From contig DATLOE010000018.1 of the NCBI GenBank assembly GCA_035536395.1, positions 16,193 to 80,192 on the forward strand: a stretch of DNA of 64,000 nt, written 5' to 3'. Positions 37,630 through 47,312 of this stretch are shown in pieces (position 1 is the first letter of the stretch; each line of letters starts with the position of its first letter). The position numbers were made by a program, and so were the translations under genes. This DNA comes from Candidatus Dormiibacterota bacterium. Lineage in GTDB: Bacteria; Patescibacteriota; Saccharimonadia; UBA4664; DATLOE01. Under the pieces are notes generated by a model. The model searched no databases. It worked only from the letters and a program-made list of their open reading frames with translations, and had not been told where the DNA came from.

Positions 37630-38220
37630 TCAAACCTTGGGCGGAATGATAGAGCCAGCACCCTCGGGGCTGATAAATGAATTAACATAATCCGGCTTAA
37701 ATACCGATTTAGGATTACGGGCATCAGGGTCAATTACCGTTACCTTCTCGTCCTCCCACTCTGCAATGATAATGGCATGAATGTTTTTATTTTCCGGGCT
37801 ACCAAAGCCGGGCTTCATGGTTACAATTACCGGAAAGCCCTGACGCACTATTTGCTCCACAGATTTTCCAAGCACGTTTTTATTGTAAAAATCTACCTCC
37901 TCGGTGGTTTCAATGTAGCCGGCCGCTTTCATTTTGGAGAAATCGGTTGGCTGCGGCCCGTTGATCTGCCAGGAAACTATCGGCGCATGGTATTTGTGGC
38001 GCAGAACCTTGGAAAGAAGCGGGCGCTTCCAGTCCTGGCCCTGGGTTTTCAGTAAGCGGCCATCTAAGTCCAGGCAAAATTGGCTGGGCTGTATGGTTTT
38101 ATCTAAATAACCGGCGGCGGCCAGCAACATATAAAAATCGATCGGCGCGCAGCTGCGCATAGCACGGTGTTCGCCCAGTTGGCCGTTCAAAGATTGAAGT
38201 GTAATAGGGTCTATTGTCAT
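37630..38220 (-). CDS. Hypothetical protein (196 aa)
   Basis: Clean ORF upstream of murF; has a Cys near the N-terminus, but no family recognised. Confidence 0.45.
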   Translation of the reverse strand: MTIDPITLQSLNGQLGEHRAMRSCAPIDFYMLLAAAGYLDKTIQPSQFCLDLDGRLLKTQGQDWKRPLLSKVLRHKYHAPIVSWQINGPQPTDFSKMKAAGYIETTEEVDFYNKNVLGKSVEQIVRQGFPVIVTMKPGFGSPENKNIHAIIIAEWEDEKVTVIDPDARNPKSVFKPDYVNSFISPEGAGSIIPPKV

Positions 38221-38224
38221 TGGG

Positions 38225-39502
38225 CTATTTTAGCGGAAACTGGTCTTGCTTTCGAGCCTGCCAAGCTTCACCTTGGCGAACTAGCTTGGCCTTGTCGGCC
38301 TGGTCAGAGAGCAGCAGTGCAACTGCCTCCTCGGCAAACACACCGTTCTGCGAGCCTTTAGCTAGCACCGTATCGCCACCTTTAAGCTTACGGGCTAAGA
38401 AGCGGCCGGCTTCATAAGGGGAATTGAACCGGTGGATTTTGCTCTCGTCTAAGCCCGCACCCCTAGCGGCCGATGCTAGATGCTTGTTAGCGTTTTCGCC
38501 AATCGTTAAAAGCATATCAATACTACTGCAAGCCTTGCCGACCTCCTGGTGGCCGGCTTCAGCGTAGCTGCCAAGTTCGTTCATTGAACCGAGTATGGCG
38601 ATTTTACGGCCGCCGTTTGATTGCTTTAAGGTTTCAAGGGCGCAAAGGACGGCTTTGGGGCTGGAATTGTAGGTATCATCAATAATCACCGAGCCTCGCT
38701 TGCCGGGCAAGAGCTGCATGCGGCCAGGTACCGGAGTTATTTTAGCAATACCTTCAGCCAGTTGTTTTTCGGTTAGGCCCAGCAACTTGGCTACGGCGGC
38801 GGCGGCGGCTACTATTCGCAGGCTGTGCTCACCCACCAGTTCCGTCTTAAACTTTACGCTCTTTTTGCCCCACTTTAGCGCACCCGAATACCCTTTTGCT
38901 TGGCGTTTGAAGTTTTCGAAATGAAAATCACCCTGCTTCAGGCCATAAGAATATAGTTTGCCGCCGATTTGCTGAACCTCTTCTACCGTGCGAGGATCAT
39001 CGGCATTGTACACCACCTGACGGCTACCCGAAGCTAGTGCCGTTTTTTCGCGAATGATTGCCGTAAGTGAGCCGAAACCCTCCATGTGCACCTGCTGAAT
39101 GGCAGTAACCACCCCTACGTCGGGCTGTATGTAACGCATAAACTGCTGGATCTCACCCGGGCGGTCGGCTCCCATTTCTAGCACCAAAACATCATATGGG
39201 TATGGCTCGCCTAGCCGCCTATCTATTTGCCTAAGAATTTTCAACCACTCTGCCGGTTGAGTTAAGTTCTCTGGCACATCAAGCTCAAAGATAGATAGGG
39301 GCAGGCCGATTTCGGTATTGTAATTACCTTGGTGGGCCAGCACTCTAAATTTTTGGCCAAGCACAGCGGCGATAGCTAGTTTAGTGCTGGTCTTACCGAC
39401 ACTGCCGGTAATAGCCACTATCTTAAGGTTGTTTTTCTTAATTAATTTTTTAACCCGTCGCTCAAGCTGACGGGCAATTGCACGGCGGAGCAATGTTTTC
39501 AT
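38225..39502 (-). CDS. murF: UDP-N-acetylmuramoyl-tripeptide--D-alanyl-D-alanine ligase (Mur ligase family, MurF-like, short form)
   Basis: IVAITGSVGKTSTK P-loop, GNYNTEIGLPLSIFEL (MurF GNxNNxIGxPLT motif), Mur ligase middle and C-terminal domains; 425 aa. Confidence 0.8.
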   Translation of the reverse strand: MKTLLRRAIARQLERRVKKLIKKNNLKIVAITGSVGKTSTKLAIAAVLGQKFRVLAHQGNYNTEIGLPLSIFELDVPENLTQPAEWLKILRQIDRRLGEPYPYDVLVLEMGADRPGEIQQFMRYIQPDVGVVTAIQQVHMEGFGSLTAIIREKTALASGSRQVVYNADDPRTVEEVQQIGGKLYSYGLKQGDFHFENFKRQAKGYSGALKWGKKSVKFKTELVGEHSLRIVAAAAAVAKLLGLTEKQLAEGIAKITPVPGRMQLLPGKRGSVIIDDTYNSSPKAVLCALETLKQSNGGRKIAILGSMNELGSYAEAGHQEVGKACSSIDMLLTIGENANKHLASAARGAGLDESKIHRFNSPYEAGRFLARKLKGGDTVLAKGSQNGVFAEEAVALLLSDQADKAKLVRQGEAWQARKQDQFPLK

Positions 39503-39544
39503 AACATTATTGTATCTGATAATACGAGGTAAATAAAAGAAAAC

Positions 39545-39935
39545 ACCCCCACCTTAACGCAGTGGGGGTATGGAGGCAGTGCCTCAGCGGCTCCCGGTAG
39601 GAAGCATTTGCTGCTTTCGTCCGCTGTTGGGAGAACTCGGCAGCAAAGAATCGTAGCATAGATGCCAGACGGTCTCGGGACCCGCCTATAGGCACCTATG
39701 CCTTCCGATGCAGACGATGAGTGCATCGGCCCCCTTGGTGAGGTAAGCTACCCGAGAAGTACCCAGGTATGGCCTGGGAGGCCGCGGCGCCTGTGAATAG
39801 GCTGCCTGCGGACTGGCAATAGCCTTAAGCTGAACGCCAGCTATTCAGCATAGTGCTCAAACGCAACCGCCAGAGGCGCGGAGCACCGGCGATCCGGCCA
39901 GTACAGACTGTTGGCGAATTTACTGTACTGTGTTG
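39545..39935 (+). ncRNA. GC-rich structured ncRNA, candidate RNase P RNA (rnpB-like); strand and identity tentative
   Basis: About 400 nt with no credible ORF, GC markedly above flanks, dense helices (GAGGC-AGU-GCCUC; CAGCGG...CCGCUG; CAGUACAG...CUGUACUG). Plus-strand segments resemble type-A RNase P blocks: CAUAG..AUGCCAG, GGUGAGGUAAGCUACC versus GGUGCGGUAAGAGCGCACC, and AUAGGCUGCCUG..CUGGCAAUAGCC versus the P15/16 GGCUGCUUG..CUGGCC region. The 39545-39569 hairpin with a flanking A/T tract could alternatively be a minus-strand terminator. Confidence 0.32.
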
Positions 39936-40187
39936 CCAGACCATCTTGGCCGCTAACAGCGGCAAGTTGTGATTTCAACACCTTTTAAAGGTAAGACAAT
40001 TTTATGCCCGTAATAAACTCGTGTCAAACTCAATTAAATTGTAAAGCCAACTAAATTTTACATAAATCGGTTGCCTCGTAAAACAAAAGCATGTACACTT
40101 ATCCACACCTTGACAACCCGGCACAAGAAGGGTTTTATAGGCTACTCGTACGGCCTCCTGCACCTTCAAATCGAAGAGGTGAATAGC

Positions 40188-40517
40188 ATGAAGCGATACA
40201 TTAAAACCCTGCTCGTGACTGCACTAGTCATCCTGGGAATAGGCCAGGCGGTCCCGGCATCGGCAAACGCCTCATATGTATACAGCGAGCACGATTCCTG
40301 GGTGCAACTGATGGCATCGCCATCGCCAAGGAGCTGGACGAAGATCTGGGTCCATAACCGAGCCACGTTCTGGATGCGATGCTGGACCGACGCTTCCTGG
40401 GCAGCCGGAAATTACGGGTCCAGACGCTGGTTCTACGGCAAGGTGCCACCTTACGACAACTGGGGATGGATACACTCCAGCTACGTCAGAAGTCAGGTGA
40501 GAACCCCGCACTGCTGA
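40188..40517 (+). CDS. Small secreted Trp-rich protein (hypothetical)
   Basis: RBS GAAGAGGTG precedes MKRYIKTLLVTALVILGIGQAVPASA (signal peptide with AxA site); mature protein about 85 aa with 8 Trp. Confidence 0.45.
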   Translation: MKRYIKTLLVTALVILGIGQAVPASANASYVYSEHDSWVQLMASPSPRSWTKIWVHNRATFWMRCWTDASWAAGNYGSRRWFYGKVPPYDNWGWIHSSYVRSQVRTPHC

Positions 40518-40700
40518 CATAGCACAGGACTAACATAGCTGCATACGCTTGGATTTGTCCGCCAAGCCTGGCTCCCTTACGGAGCCAGATCCAGTGTGCA
40601 GCACCCTTACGCTTAGCGTCTGATGAGACCTGGGAAGTTCAGGTCGAAAGGGTGAATATCTGTTCAAAATTTTGAGAGGAAGAAGAGCAGATGTAAACTA

Positions 40701-40776
40701 GTGATTATGGGGCATTGGCGCAGTTGGTAGCGCGCATCCATGGCATGGATGAGGTCATCGGTTCGAACCCGATATG
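40701..40776 (+). tRNA. tRNA-Ala (anticodon GGC)
   Basis: GGGGCAT-TG-GCGC-AGTTGGTA-GCGC-G-CATCC-ATGGCAT-GGATG-AGGTC-ATCGG-TTCGAAC-CCGAT-ATGCTCC-A-CCA. Cloverleaf is perfect, with the G3:U70 Ala identity pair and encoded CCA. Confidence 0.85.
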
Positions 40777-40847
40777 CTCCACCAAAATGATTTAACGGCT
40801 AGCTTGGGCAGTTGTGTCCGGCAGCATTATGGGCGCTAGGTACTGAA

Positions 40848-41558
40848 ATGAAACGGGCTACGATGATATTGCTAGTATTTATTCTGGTCTATGCCATATT
40901 TGAGATTATAAGGGTTAAAATGCTGATTAGCCGCGCCAATAAGCTGGTTGTGCAGTCTAAGCCATACGAACAATCACAAGCTAAACCTCGTTACCGTGTA
41001 CTTATTATCGGCGACAGCACGGGGGTCGGCACGGGGGTTAGTAGTCCCGAAAAGTCATTAGCAGGCCTACTCGGCGCTGAATTCCCTGAAGCTGAGATTA
41101 TTAATCGCTCTATAAACGGCTTGCGCAGCGACCAGTTAGCGGAAAGTCTTGAAAGTCTTCCAGAGAGTAAGTTTAATCTCGTAATCATCCACATCGGTGG
41201 CAATGACCTGATTCGGTTTAAATCTCTTAGGAAAGTGCAAAGTAATATCAAGCTGGTTTTGGACTACGCCAGCAATAGATCGGACAAAGTTGCACTATTC
41301 ACAACCGGCGACCTGAGCAAGACAAGCTTCTTCCCTCTGGCGGCGAGACCCTGGTATGGAAACTCTTCTTCTCGTTTACGCAGCAGTATGAAGAAGCTAG
41401 CCACCGAATATGACAATGTCGCTTATATCGACTTATTTAGCTATCCTGATCTCAGCGAAATAAATGGGTATGCCGTAGATGGTCTTCATCTCAATGACGC
41501 AGGATACGGGTTATGGTATAAGGCTCTGAAAGATACAATAAAAAAGCCGCTATTTTGA
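40848..41558 (+). CDS. SGNH/GDSL-family hydrolase, membrane-anchored
   Basis: Block I GDSTGVG, block III GGNDL, block V DGLHLN, after an N-terminal TM helix; start taken at MKRATM. Confidence 0.75.
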   Translation: MKRATMILLVFILVYAIFEIIRVKMLISRANKLVVQSKPYEQSQAKPRYRVLIIGDSTGVGTGVSSPEKSLAGLLGAEFPEAEIINRSINGLRSDQLAESLESLPESKFNLVIIHIGGNDLIRFKSLRKVQSNIKLVLDYASNRSDKVALFTTGDLSKTSFFPLAARPWYGNSSSRLRSSMKKLATEYDNVAYIDLFSYPDLSEINGYAVDGLHLNDAGYGLWYKALKDTIKKPLF

Positions 41559-41609
41559 ACTTACCCGTGCGGCAATCACGCTATACTAAATACATTATAC
41601 GAGAATATT

Positions 41610-42008
41610 ATGAGCGATTATTCGATAGTTAAATTAAGCGAGGTCAAAAACTTCTTTAAGGAGAAGGGCTGGCCGGGCGAAATGCGGTTTATGTCTAAGC
41701 CGCTAGCAACCGAGCAGGTGGCAGTGAGCTACCGAAAGATGCCGACCGGTAGCGGTGGCAAGGGCGGCTACGGCCACCGGCACAAGGTGCAGGAGGAGGT
41801 TGTGTTTGTGCTGGCGGGAGAGCTGGAATTCAAGCTAGATGACAAAATAGAGAAAGTTAAAGCCCCGGCGGCGGTCCGCATTGCACCGCATGTCTTCCGC
41901 TCCATCTGGAACAGTCAGCCCAAAGAGGCTGAACTGCTGATTATTTCTAAGAAAATCGAAAACTTAGATGATGATGTGGAGTATAAAGAGAATTTCTGGC
42001 CGGAATAG
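41610..42008 (+). CDS. Cupin-domain protein
   Basis: GYGHRHKVQEEVVFVLAGELEF fits cupin motif 1 (G-x5-HxH-x3,4-E-x6-G); motif 2 around PHVFRSIWN. Confidence 0.7.
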   Translation: MSDYSIVKLSEVKNFFKEKGWPGEMRFMSKPLATEQVAVSYRKMPTGSGGKGGYGHRHKVQEEVVFVLAGELEFKLDDKIEKVKAPAAVRIAPHVFRSIWNSQPKEAELLIISKKIENLDDDVEYKENFWPE

Positions 42009-42081
42009 AAAAAGGCTCTGCAATATGCAGAGCCTAAGTCTTGTATCTACGCCAATCTTGATTCGAGTTCGCTGAGCTCGC

Positions 42082-42942
42082 CTATGAGATCGGGGGTTCT
42101 TCAGGCCAATCGGTATAGAATTTTATGTCTTTCGGGTCGACCTGCTTTAGCCCATCCAGTATTTTTGTTACCTCCGCACGAGAAATAGCGTTATAGGTGA
42201 TAATAATCGTGGTTTGGTCTCTAGTTACGATTCCAATATGATCATCTTTGGTGTAACCACGATCTATATCTCTATCATTAAGCGAATACCAGTAGTGCGT
42301 GGGGTCCTTGTAGATCTTTTCGCATCTAGGATGGCCCTCAATTGTTGTTACTACAAAAGAATTGGAGAATAAACACTTGCCATCTTCTTCCACAATTTTA
42401 GTTTTTGCCATTTCTGTAATCTCAATTCTTTTTTTCGCTTGAGTATTTCGATGTTTACCAGGTGATCCGTTGTAATAACGGAATTCAATAGTCCGCGAGA
42501 AATCATTAACTTTGTTTTCAGCAAGCTGGTATCCTGCTGGCAAGTATTTAGGCTCATAGACTGGGAAGTTTATTTTTGATAACTTCTGCTGATTTACATT
42601 TTGAAAACGCTGGCCCCCCATTGTCTTGGTGATCATTGAGTAGGCAAAGAAGGCCAGGCTGGTAAACACTAAAGCGCCAACTAGCATGATAATCATAAGT
42701 CTTTTGATACTAATCTGCCACTTAAAGATTCGCTGACCAACTCGAGCCAGGATAAAAAGCAAGATAATCAAACCAATCAGATAACCCGCCCAGCTAGCGA
42801 AGACAAGGGCATAAATAATACTGCATTGTATTATGCCTTCACAGCCTAAGCCGAAAGCGTATGTCGGCGAGGGAGTCAAAAATAATGATGCACTGACCAA
42901 AAACCCTCCCAGTATTGAGGCTATTTTTGTTTTCTTGGACAT
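42082..42942 (-). CDS. Hypothetical membrane protein (AT-rich gene)
   Basis: 286 aa, 4-5 N-terminal TM helices and a hydrophilic C-terminal domain; base composition clearly more AT-rich than neighbours. Confidence 0.5.
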   Translation of the reverse strand: MSKKTKIASILGGFLVSASLFLTPSPTYAFGLGCEGIIQCSIIYALVFASWAGYLIGLIILLFILARVGQRIFKWQISIKRLMIIMLVGALVFTSLAFFAYSMITKTMGGQRFQNVNQQKLSKINFPVYEPKYLPAGYQLAENKVNDFSRTIEFRYYNGSPGKHRNTQAKKRIEITEMAKTKIVEEDGKCLFSNSFVVTTIEGHPRCEKIYKDPTHYWYSLNDRDIDRGYTKDDHIGIVTRDQTTIIITYNAISRAEVTKILDGLKQVDPKDIKFYTDWPEEPPIS

Positions 42943-43015
42943 TTGACGATACCTGCTTTCGAATTACACATGCTATATGGTTTACCATAATTGTAATGTT
43001 TAAGAGGTAACTCGT

Positions 43016-44272
43016 CTACCAGGTGAATTTATGATGGCCTATATGAACAATATCGCCCGGGTTTATGCCCTGACGGTCAAGCTCACGGGTTACGCCGACT
43101 TTTCGCAAAATATCGCGCAGGCGCTCCACGGAGGCATCATTACTCCAATCGGTTCGGGTGGCAAAGCTTTCTATCTTCTGGCCTTCAATTCTATAGCCCT
43201 CACCCTCCGAAATCACCTGCCACAAGTCTGGCTGCGTTGCCTCATCTATTACCGGTATGGCGGCTTCAACACGGGCCTCTGCTTGCTGCTCTCTGGCAAT
43301 TTTTACTAATTTTACAGTTTCGGCCAACAGCTCACTCAGCCCGGTATGGGCGGGGGCAGAAATCGTATATACCGCTTGGCCCGCGGCCTTTTTTATGGCC
43401 TTCTGCTTAGACTCCAGCTCTTTTTTATCCACGGCATCGGCTTTGGTTAGAATAACCAGCTGCGGCTTGCCCGTAAGGTCGATCTTATACTGCGAGAGTT
43501 CGCCCATGATCGTTTTGTAGTCACTTATTACATCTTCTGAAGTGGCATCGATTAAGTGCAGAATTACGGCAGTTCTTTCTATATGGCGCAGGAATTCATC
43601 GCCCAAGCCCTTGCCCTGGCTGGCGCCTTCTATCAGCCCAGGGATATCGGCTACTAAAAAGCTGTAATTGCGAAAATCGACTACCCCCAGATTGGGGATT
43701 AAAGTCGTAAAGGGATAATCGGCAATTTCGGGCTTGGCATTAGAGATAACCGAAAGCAGGGTAGATTTGCCGGCATTCGGCAGGCCCACTAAACCGACAT
43801 CGGCTACCAGTTTTAGTTCCAGAGTCAGCTGGCGGTGCTCCCCCGGCTCACCTAATTCTGCTGCCCGGGGTGCTTGGCGGGCAGAAGCGGTAAAGTGAGC
43901 ATTGCCAAAGCCGCCGCGGCCGCCGTGGGCAATGATCTGGCTCATACCCTCTTGGGCTAGGTCCCCCAAAAGCTGATCGCCATCCCAGATAGTCGTGCCC
44001 TGCGGGACTTTAATAATTACATCTTCGCCGGCTTTGCCATGTTTGCGGTTTGACCCGCCCGGCTGACCGTCGCCAGCTGCTAGTTTGCGCTTGCGGCGGT
44101 ACTCGGCTAGCGTGTTTAAGTTGTGATCGGCTTCAAAGACCACATTACCGCCCCGGCCGCCATCGCCGCCATCGGGGCCGCCCATAGCCCGATACTTTTC
44201 ATGGCGGAAATTCACCCGGCCATCACCGCCTTTACCGGCCTGTATTTCGATTTCGACTTTATCTGCAAACAC
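43016..44272 (-). CDS. obg: GTPase Obg/CgtA
   Basis: Obg fold N-terminus MFADKVEIEIQAGKGGDG...GGRGG, G domain GLVGLPNAGKSTLL, DIPGLIEGA, LTKAD, and a C-terminal OCT domain. Confidence 0.9.
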   Translation of the reverse strand: MFADKVEIEIQAGKGGDGRVNFRHEKYRAMGGPDGGDGGRGGNVVFEADHNLNTLAEYRRKRKLAAGDGQPGGSNRKHGKAGEDVIIKVPQGTTIWDGDQLLGDLAQEGMSQIIAHGGRGGFGNAHFTASARQAPRAAELGEPGEHRQLTLELKLVADVGLVGLPNAGKSTLLSVISNAKPEIADYPFTTLIPNLGVVDFRNYSFLVADIPGLIEGASQGKGLGDEFLRHIERTAVILHLIDATSEDVISDYKTIMGELSQYKIDLTGKPQLVILTKADAVDKKELESKQKAIKKAAGQAVYTISAPAHTGLSELLAETVKLVKIAREQQAEARVEAAIPVIDEATQPDLWQVISEGEGYRIEGQKIESFATRTDWSNDASVERLRDILRKVGVTRELDRQGINPGDIVHIGHHKFTW

Positions 44273-44348
44273 GTCTTGTTTACTCTTATCACCTTATTAT
44301 AACTAGAAAACCGCTTCTAAGAGCGGTTTTCGTAAGATATGTGTTTTA

Positions 44349-45551
44349 TTAATAGATATATTTGAAGCTTGAAGCCGGTACAGTCCGCTTAGTAACCCTG
44401 TTCCAGTTACCGTTGTAGTTCATCTCCGAAACGGTCACAGAATCACCGCTGACTGCCTCTACGTAGGCAACGTGGCCGTAGTAACCGCCGCCGCCCCAGG
44501 CAATGGCACCAACTGCTGGAGCCGAACCGGTTTTGTAGCCGCCAGCCCGCGCGTTGTAGAGCCAGCTGACAGCGTTACCCCAGCCCGAAGGCACTGGGCG
44601 CCGCATGGCTACATAGTAAGTACAGTAACCGTACGCGTAGTTGCCGCCATTGCCGCCGATGGTAAATTTACCACCTGCAGGCGTGGAAGCCGAAGCAACT
44701 GCTTGGGTTGCTGCCGGGCGCCGACCAGGCTCATTAATGACGCCGTCAGGTATTACCACTGTATCACCGGCTTTGAGACCAGTAACTTCCGCGTTATTAA
44801 AGGCAATTATCTGAGCCGCATTAGATTGGTACTTGGCTGCCAGGCTATCGGCGGTTTCGCCGGCTGCTAGCTTGTGCTGCACGCCCGAGACAGGCAGTAT
44901 GGTCAGTTTTTGGCCGACCTTCAGAGCTTCGTCGCCCTTTAAGCCGTTAGCCCAGCGAACAGTGTCGGTCGTAACGTTATATTTGGCAGCTAATGTGGCC
45001 AAAGTATCACCGGTCTCTACCTTGTGAGTCTTAATGTCACGACTTACAACACCGGCTGTGTCTACCACTGCGCGGTTAGCCAGAGTGTCATCGCCCGCAG
45101 TTATAATGCTGGCTTGTGAATTCAAGGCCTGAGCGGTACTGGTGGCCTCCGAAGCTACAAGTAAATTAGTTTGATCGGCAACCTTTGCAGCCACATCGGC
45201 TGAAGCGGCTTCGTCTAATACGGAGCCGTATCCGCCTTGGCTGGCTAGGGGGCTGAGGCGAGTAGTCTGACCGGTAGAACCGGTGAGCACTACGGCCAGC
45301 ACTAAGCCAACCCCAACGGTGTGCGAAACATACCTGGGAGTTGCCTTAAACCCGGCTAGGGCCTTGATTGAAGTTTGAATAACGCGCCCTAAAGGTGTGA
45401 GGGTCGCGGTTTTTTGATTTTTTCGAGTTTTGGGTAGACTTACTACCTGCGGAAATTTTAGTTTGGAAGTCGATCCGGCACCCCTGATTCCGAACCCTAA
45501 GGTTTGAAGTGAGCTACCAACAGCTTCTCTAGTACTAATTTTATTCTCCAC
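44349..45551 (-). CDS. Peptidoglycan hydrolase with two LysM domains and a C-terminal CHAP domain
   Basis: Two LysM repeats (HKVETGDTLATLAAKYNVT...; HKLAAGETADSLAAKYQSN...) and a CHAP Cys/His pair (NYAYGYCTYYVA ... GHVAYVEAV). Confidence 0.8.
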   Translation of the reverse strand: MENKISTREAVGSSLQTLGFGIRGAGSTSKLKFPQVVSLPKTRKNQKTATLTPLGRVIQTSIKALAGFKATPRYVSHTVGVGLVLAVVLTGSTGQTTRLSPLASQGGYGSVLDEAASADVAAKVADQTNLLVASEATSTAQALNSQASIITAGDDTLANRAVVDTAGVVSRDIKTHKVETGDTLATLAAKYNVTTDTVRWANGLKGDEALKVGQKLTILPVSGVQHKLAAGETADSLAAKYQSNAAQIIAFNNAEVTGLKAGDTVVIPDGVINEPGRRPAATQAVASASTPAGGKFTIGGNGGNYAYGYCTYYVAMRRPVPSGWGNAVSWLYNARAGGYKTGSAPAVGAIAWGGGGYYGHVAYVEAVSGDSVTVSEMNYNGNWNRVTKRTVPASSFKYIY

Positions 45552-45919
45552 CCCATCCGCTTATGCGGACTTTAAATGGGTTTAACTTGCTTGTATGTCT
45601 TTCTTCCGCACATATATGCGGAAAGGGACAGATTCGACCTAAGTTAACTCTCCGTGCGACATTTCAAACAGGTAATTGATAGACGTAAAAGCAAAACCAA
45701 CTGATGTAATAACCCTTACGCTTATCAATGTACTCGAGTAGTGTAACAAGCGTGGCAAAGACTGTCAATATGGTGTTTTTGGCTCTAGTGAGCCAAAAAA
45801 CGACAGTTTTCAGGGTAATTTTAATTAAAAATGACATTTTTGACGAAATATGGTGTAATAATATAAAGCTTATGCTCTAAGCAGTTTAAAAAAGGCGGCT
45901 AGGAAGCCCTAATCTGGTA

Positions 45920-46921
45920 TTACTTCAGGTATTTAGCGATATTCTGCTCGTGCTCGGCCAAGGTTTTAGCAAAATGATTTTTGCCATCCTTACCGGAAAT
46001 AAAGTAGAGGTAATCATTCGGCTTGGGGTTGGCCACGGCGCGCATTGCAGAGATCCCAGGATTACAGATAGGCCCGGGCGGCAGACTGTTAACTTTATAG
46101 GTGTTATAGGGCGAATCAATCCCGACATCAAGCTGTTTTTTGCCAATCAGCTCGCCGGCATAAGCTGCAGTTGGATCGGCCTGCAGCGGCATACCCCTTT
46201 TTAAGCGGTTCAAGTATAACTGGGCTACCATCGGACGGTCTTCCTCTTGGTGTACTTCGCGCTCAACGATTGAGGCCAGGGTAAGGCCCTGGTGGAGATT
46301 CAACCCTTGGGCAGCCCAGCCGTCTGTTACCTTAGATTCCTTAATTTTAGCCCCGAAATTTTCGAGCATTTCCGCGACTAGCAGCTTTGCCTGTACCGGT
46401 TTAATAAGATCGTAACTGTCTGGAAACAAGTAGCCCTCCAAGGAAACTTCGGCCGGCTTGGATGCTAGAAAATCATAAGTGTACGGCTGTCCCAGTGCGG
46501 CATCGAAATCGGCCGGATTAATTCCCTTATCTCCTAAAATCTGCTTCATCTTAATTATCGTCGTCCCTTCCGGGAATACTGCTCTGTTCACCGCTACCCT
46601 CCCTTCGGCAATTTTTTTGGCTATTTCTCTGGTTGATTCATTGGCTGCGAATTCATAACTGCCGGCCTGCAGCCGACTGCGCAACCCATGCAGTGTGACG
46701 TATATATTAAAGGCCGGGGCGCTTCTAATCAGCTTTTTGGTTTTCAGTTCCCGAGAAAGCTGCTCCACACCTACACCTTTTTTGAGCACATAGGTTTTAG
46801 ATTCAGCAGAATTTAAATTAATCGGCCTCAGACTCAACTGATACCAAGAGAAAAATCCGAACAGCGCTCCCAAAACGACCGAACCGGCCAACATAATATA
46901 ATTACGCGGTATCATATTCAT
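45920..46921 (-). CDS. mltG: Endolytic murein transglycosylase MltG (YceG-like)
   Basis: N-terminal TM, then the YceG domain with GSYEF, LASIVEREV and PLQADPT..Y motifs. Confidence 0.85.
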   Translation of the reverse strand: MNMIPRNYIMLAGSVVLGALFGFFSWYQLSLRPINLNSAESKTYVLKKGVGVEQLSRELKTKKLIRSAPAFNIYVTLHGLRSRLQAGSYEFAANESTREIAKKIAEGRVAVNRAVFPEGTTIIKMKQILGDKGINPADFDAALGQPYTYDFLASKPAEVSLEGYLFPDSYDLIKPVQAKLLVAEMLENFGAKIKESKVTDGWAAQGLNLHQGLTLASIVEREVHQEEDRPMVAQLYLNRLKRGMPLQADPTAAYAGELIGKKQLDVGIDSPYNTYKVNSLPPGPICNPGISAMRAVANPKPNDYLYFISGKDGKNHFAKTLAEHEQNIAKYLK

Positions 46922-47312
46922 TCAGATAATCCTCCAAAATAATTACGGCCGCCTCTTGGTCAACCAAACCCTTCTCTTTACCGCGCGCCTTTTTTGCACC
47001 CAGCCGATCTATAGCTGCCTCGCTAGTGCCAGCTTCATCGACCATCTCAACCGGTACGCCTAGTTCAGCCTGCAGCTCTTTGGCAAAGGCGGCCGCCAGC
47101 TTTGTTTGAGCCGTTTCCTCCCCCTCGAGGCTCCTGGGCAGGCCGACCACAACAGTATCTACATCCTCTGACGCCACTATTTGCTTGAGGCGCTCGAATA
47201 AATCATCATTATTGGAAAGAGTAGTGAAGGGTACTGGAAATTTGGCTTCCATGTCGGCAAAAGCCAGGCCAACCCGCTTTAAGCCGTAATCAATGCCTAG
47301 AACTTTAGCCAT
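46902..47312 (-). CDS. ruvX: Holliday-junction resolvase-like RuvX/YqgF
   Basis: LGIDYGLKRVGLAF...VVGLPRSLEG is canonical YqgF. Confidence 0.85.
   Translation of the reverse strand: MAKVLGIDYGLKRVGLAFADMEAKFPVPFTTLSNNDDLFERLKQIVASEDVDTVVVGLPRSLEGEETAQTKLAAAFAKELQAELGVPVEMVDEAGTSEAAIDRLGAKKARGKEKGLVDQEAAVIILEDYLNEYDTA

Noticed and set aside
39570-39640. Resemblance of CCCGGUAGGAAGCA to the SRP RNA domain IV motif (CCGGAAGGAAGCAGCC)
   Set aside because: The surrounding sequence does not form the symmetric-loop helix 8 of 4.5S RNA and the region is far longer than SRP RNA; the RNase P-like blocks are more numerous.
45770-45810. Hairpin GGCTCTAGTGAGCC flanked by T5 (5') and A6 (3')
   Set aside because: The U-tract precedes rather than follows the hairpin in both orientations, so it is not a canonical intrinsic terminator for mltG or any plus gene.
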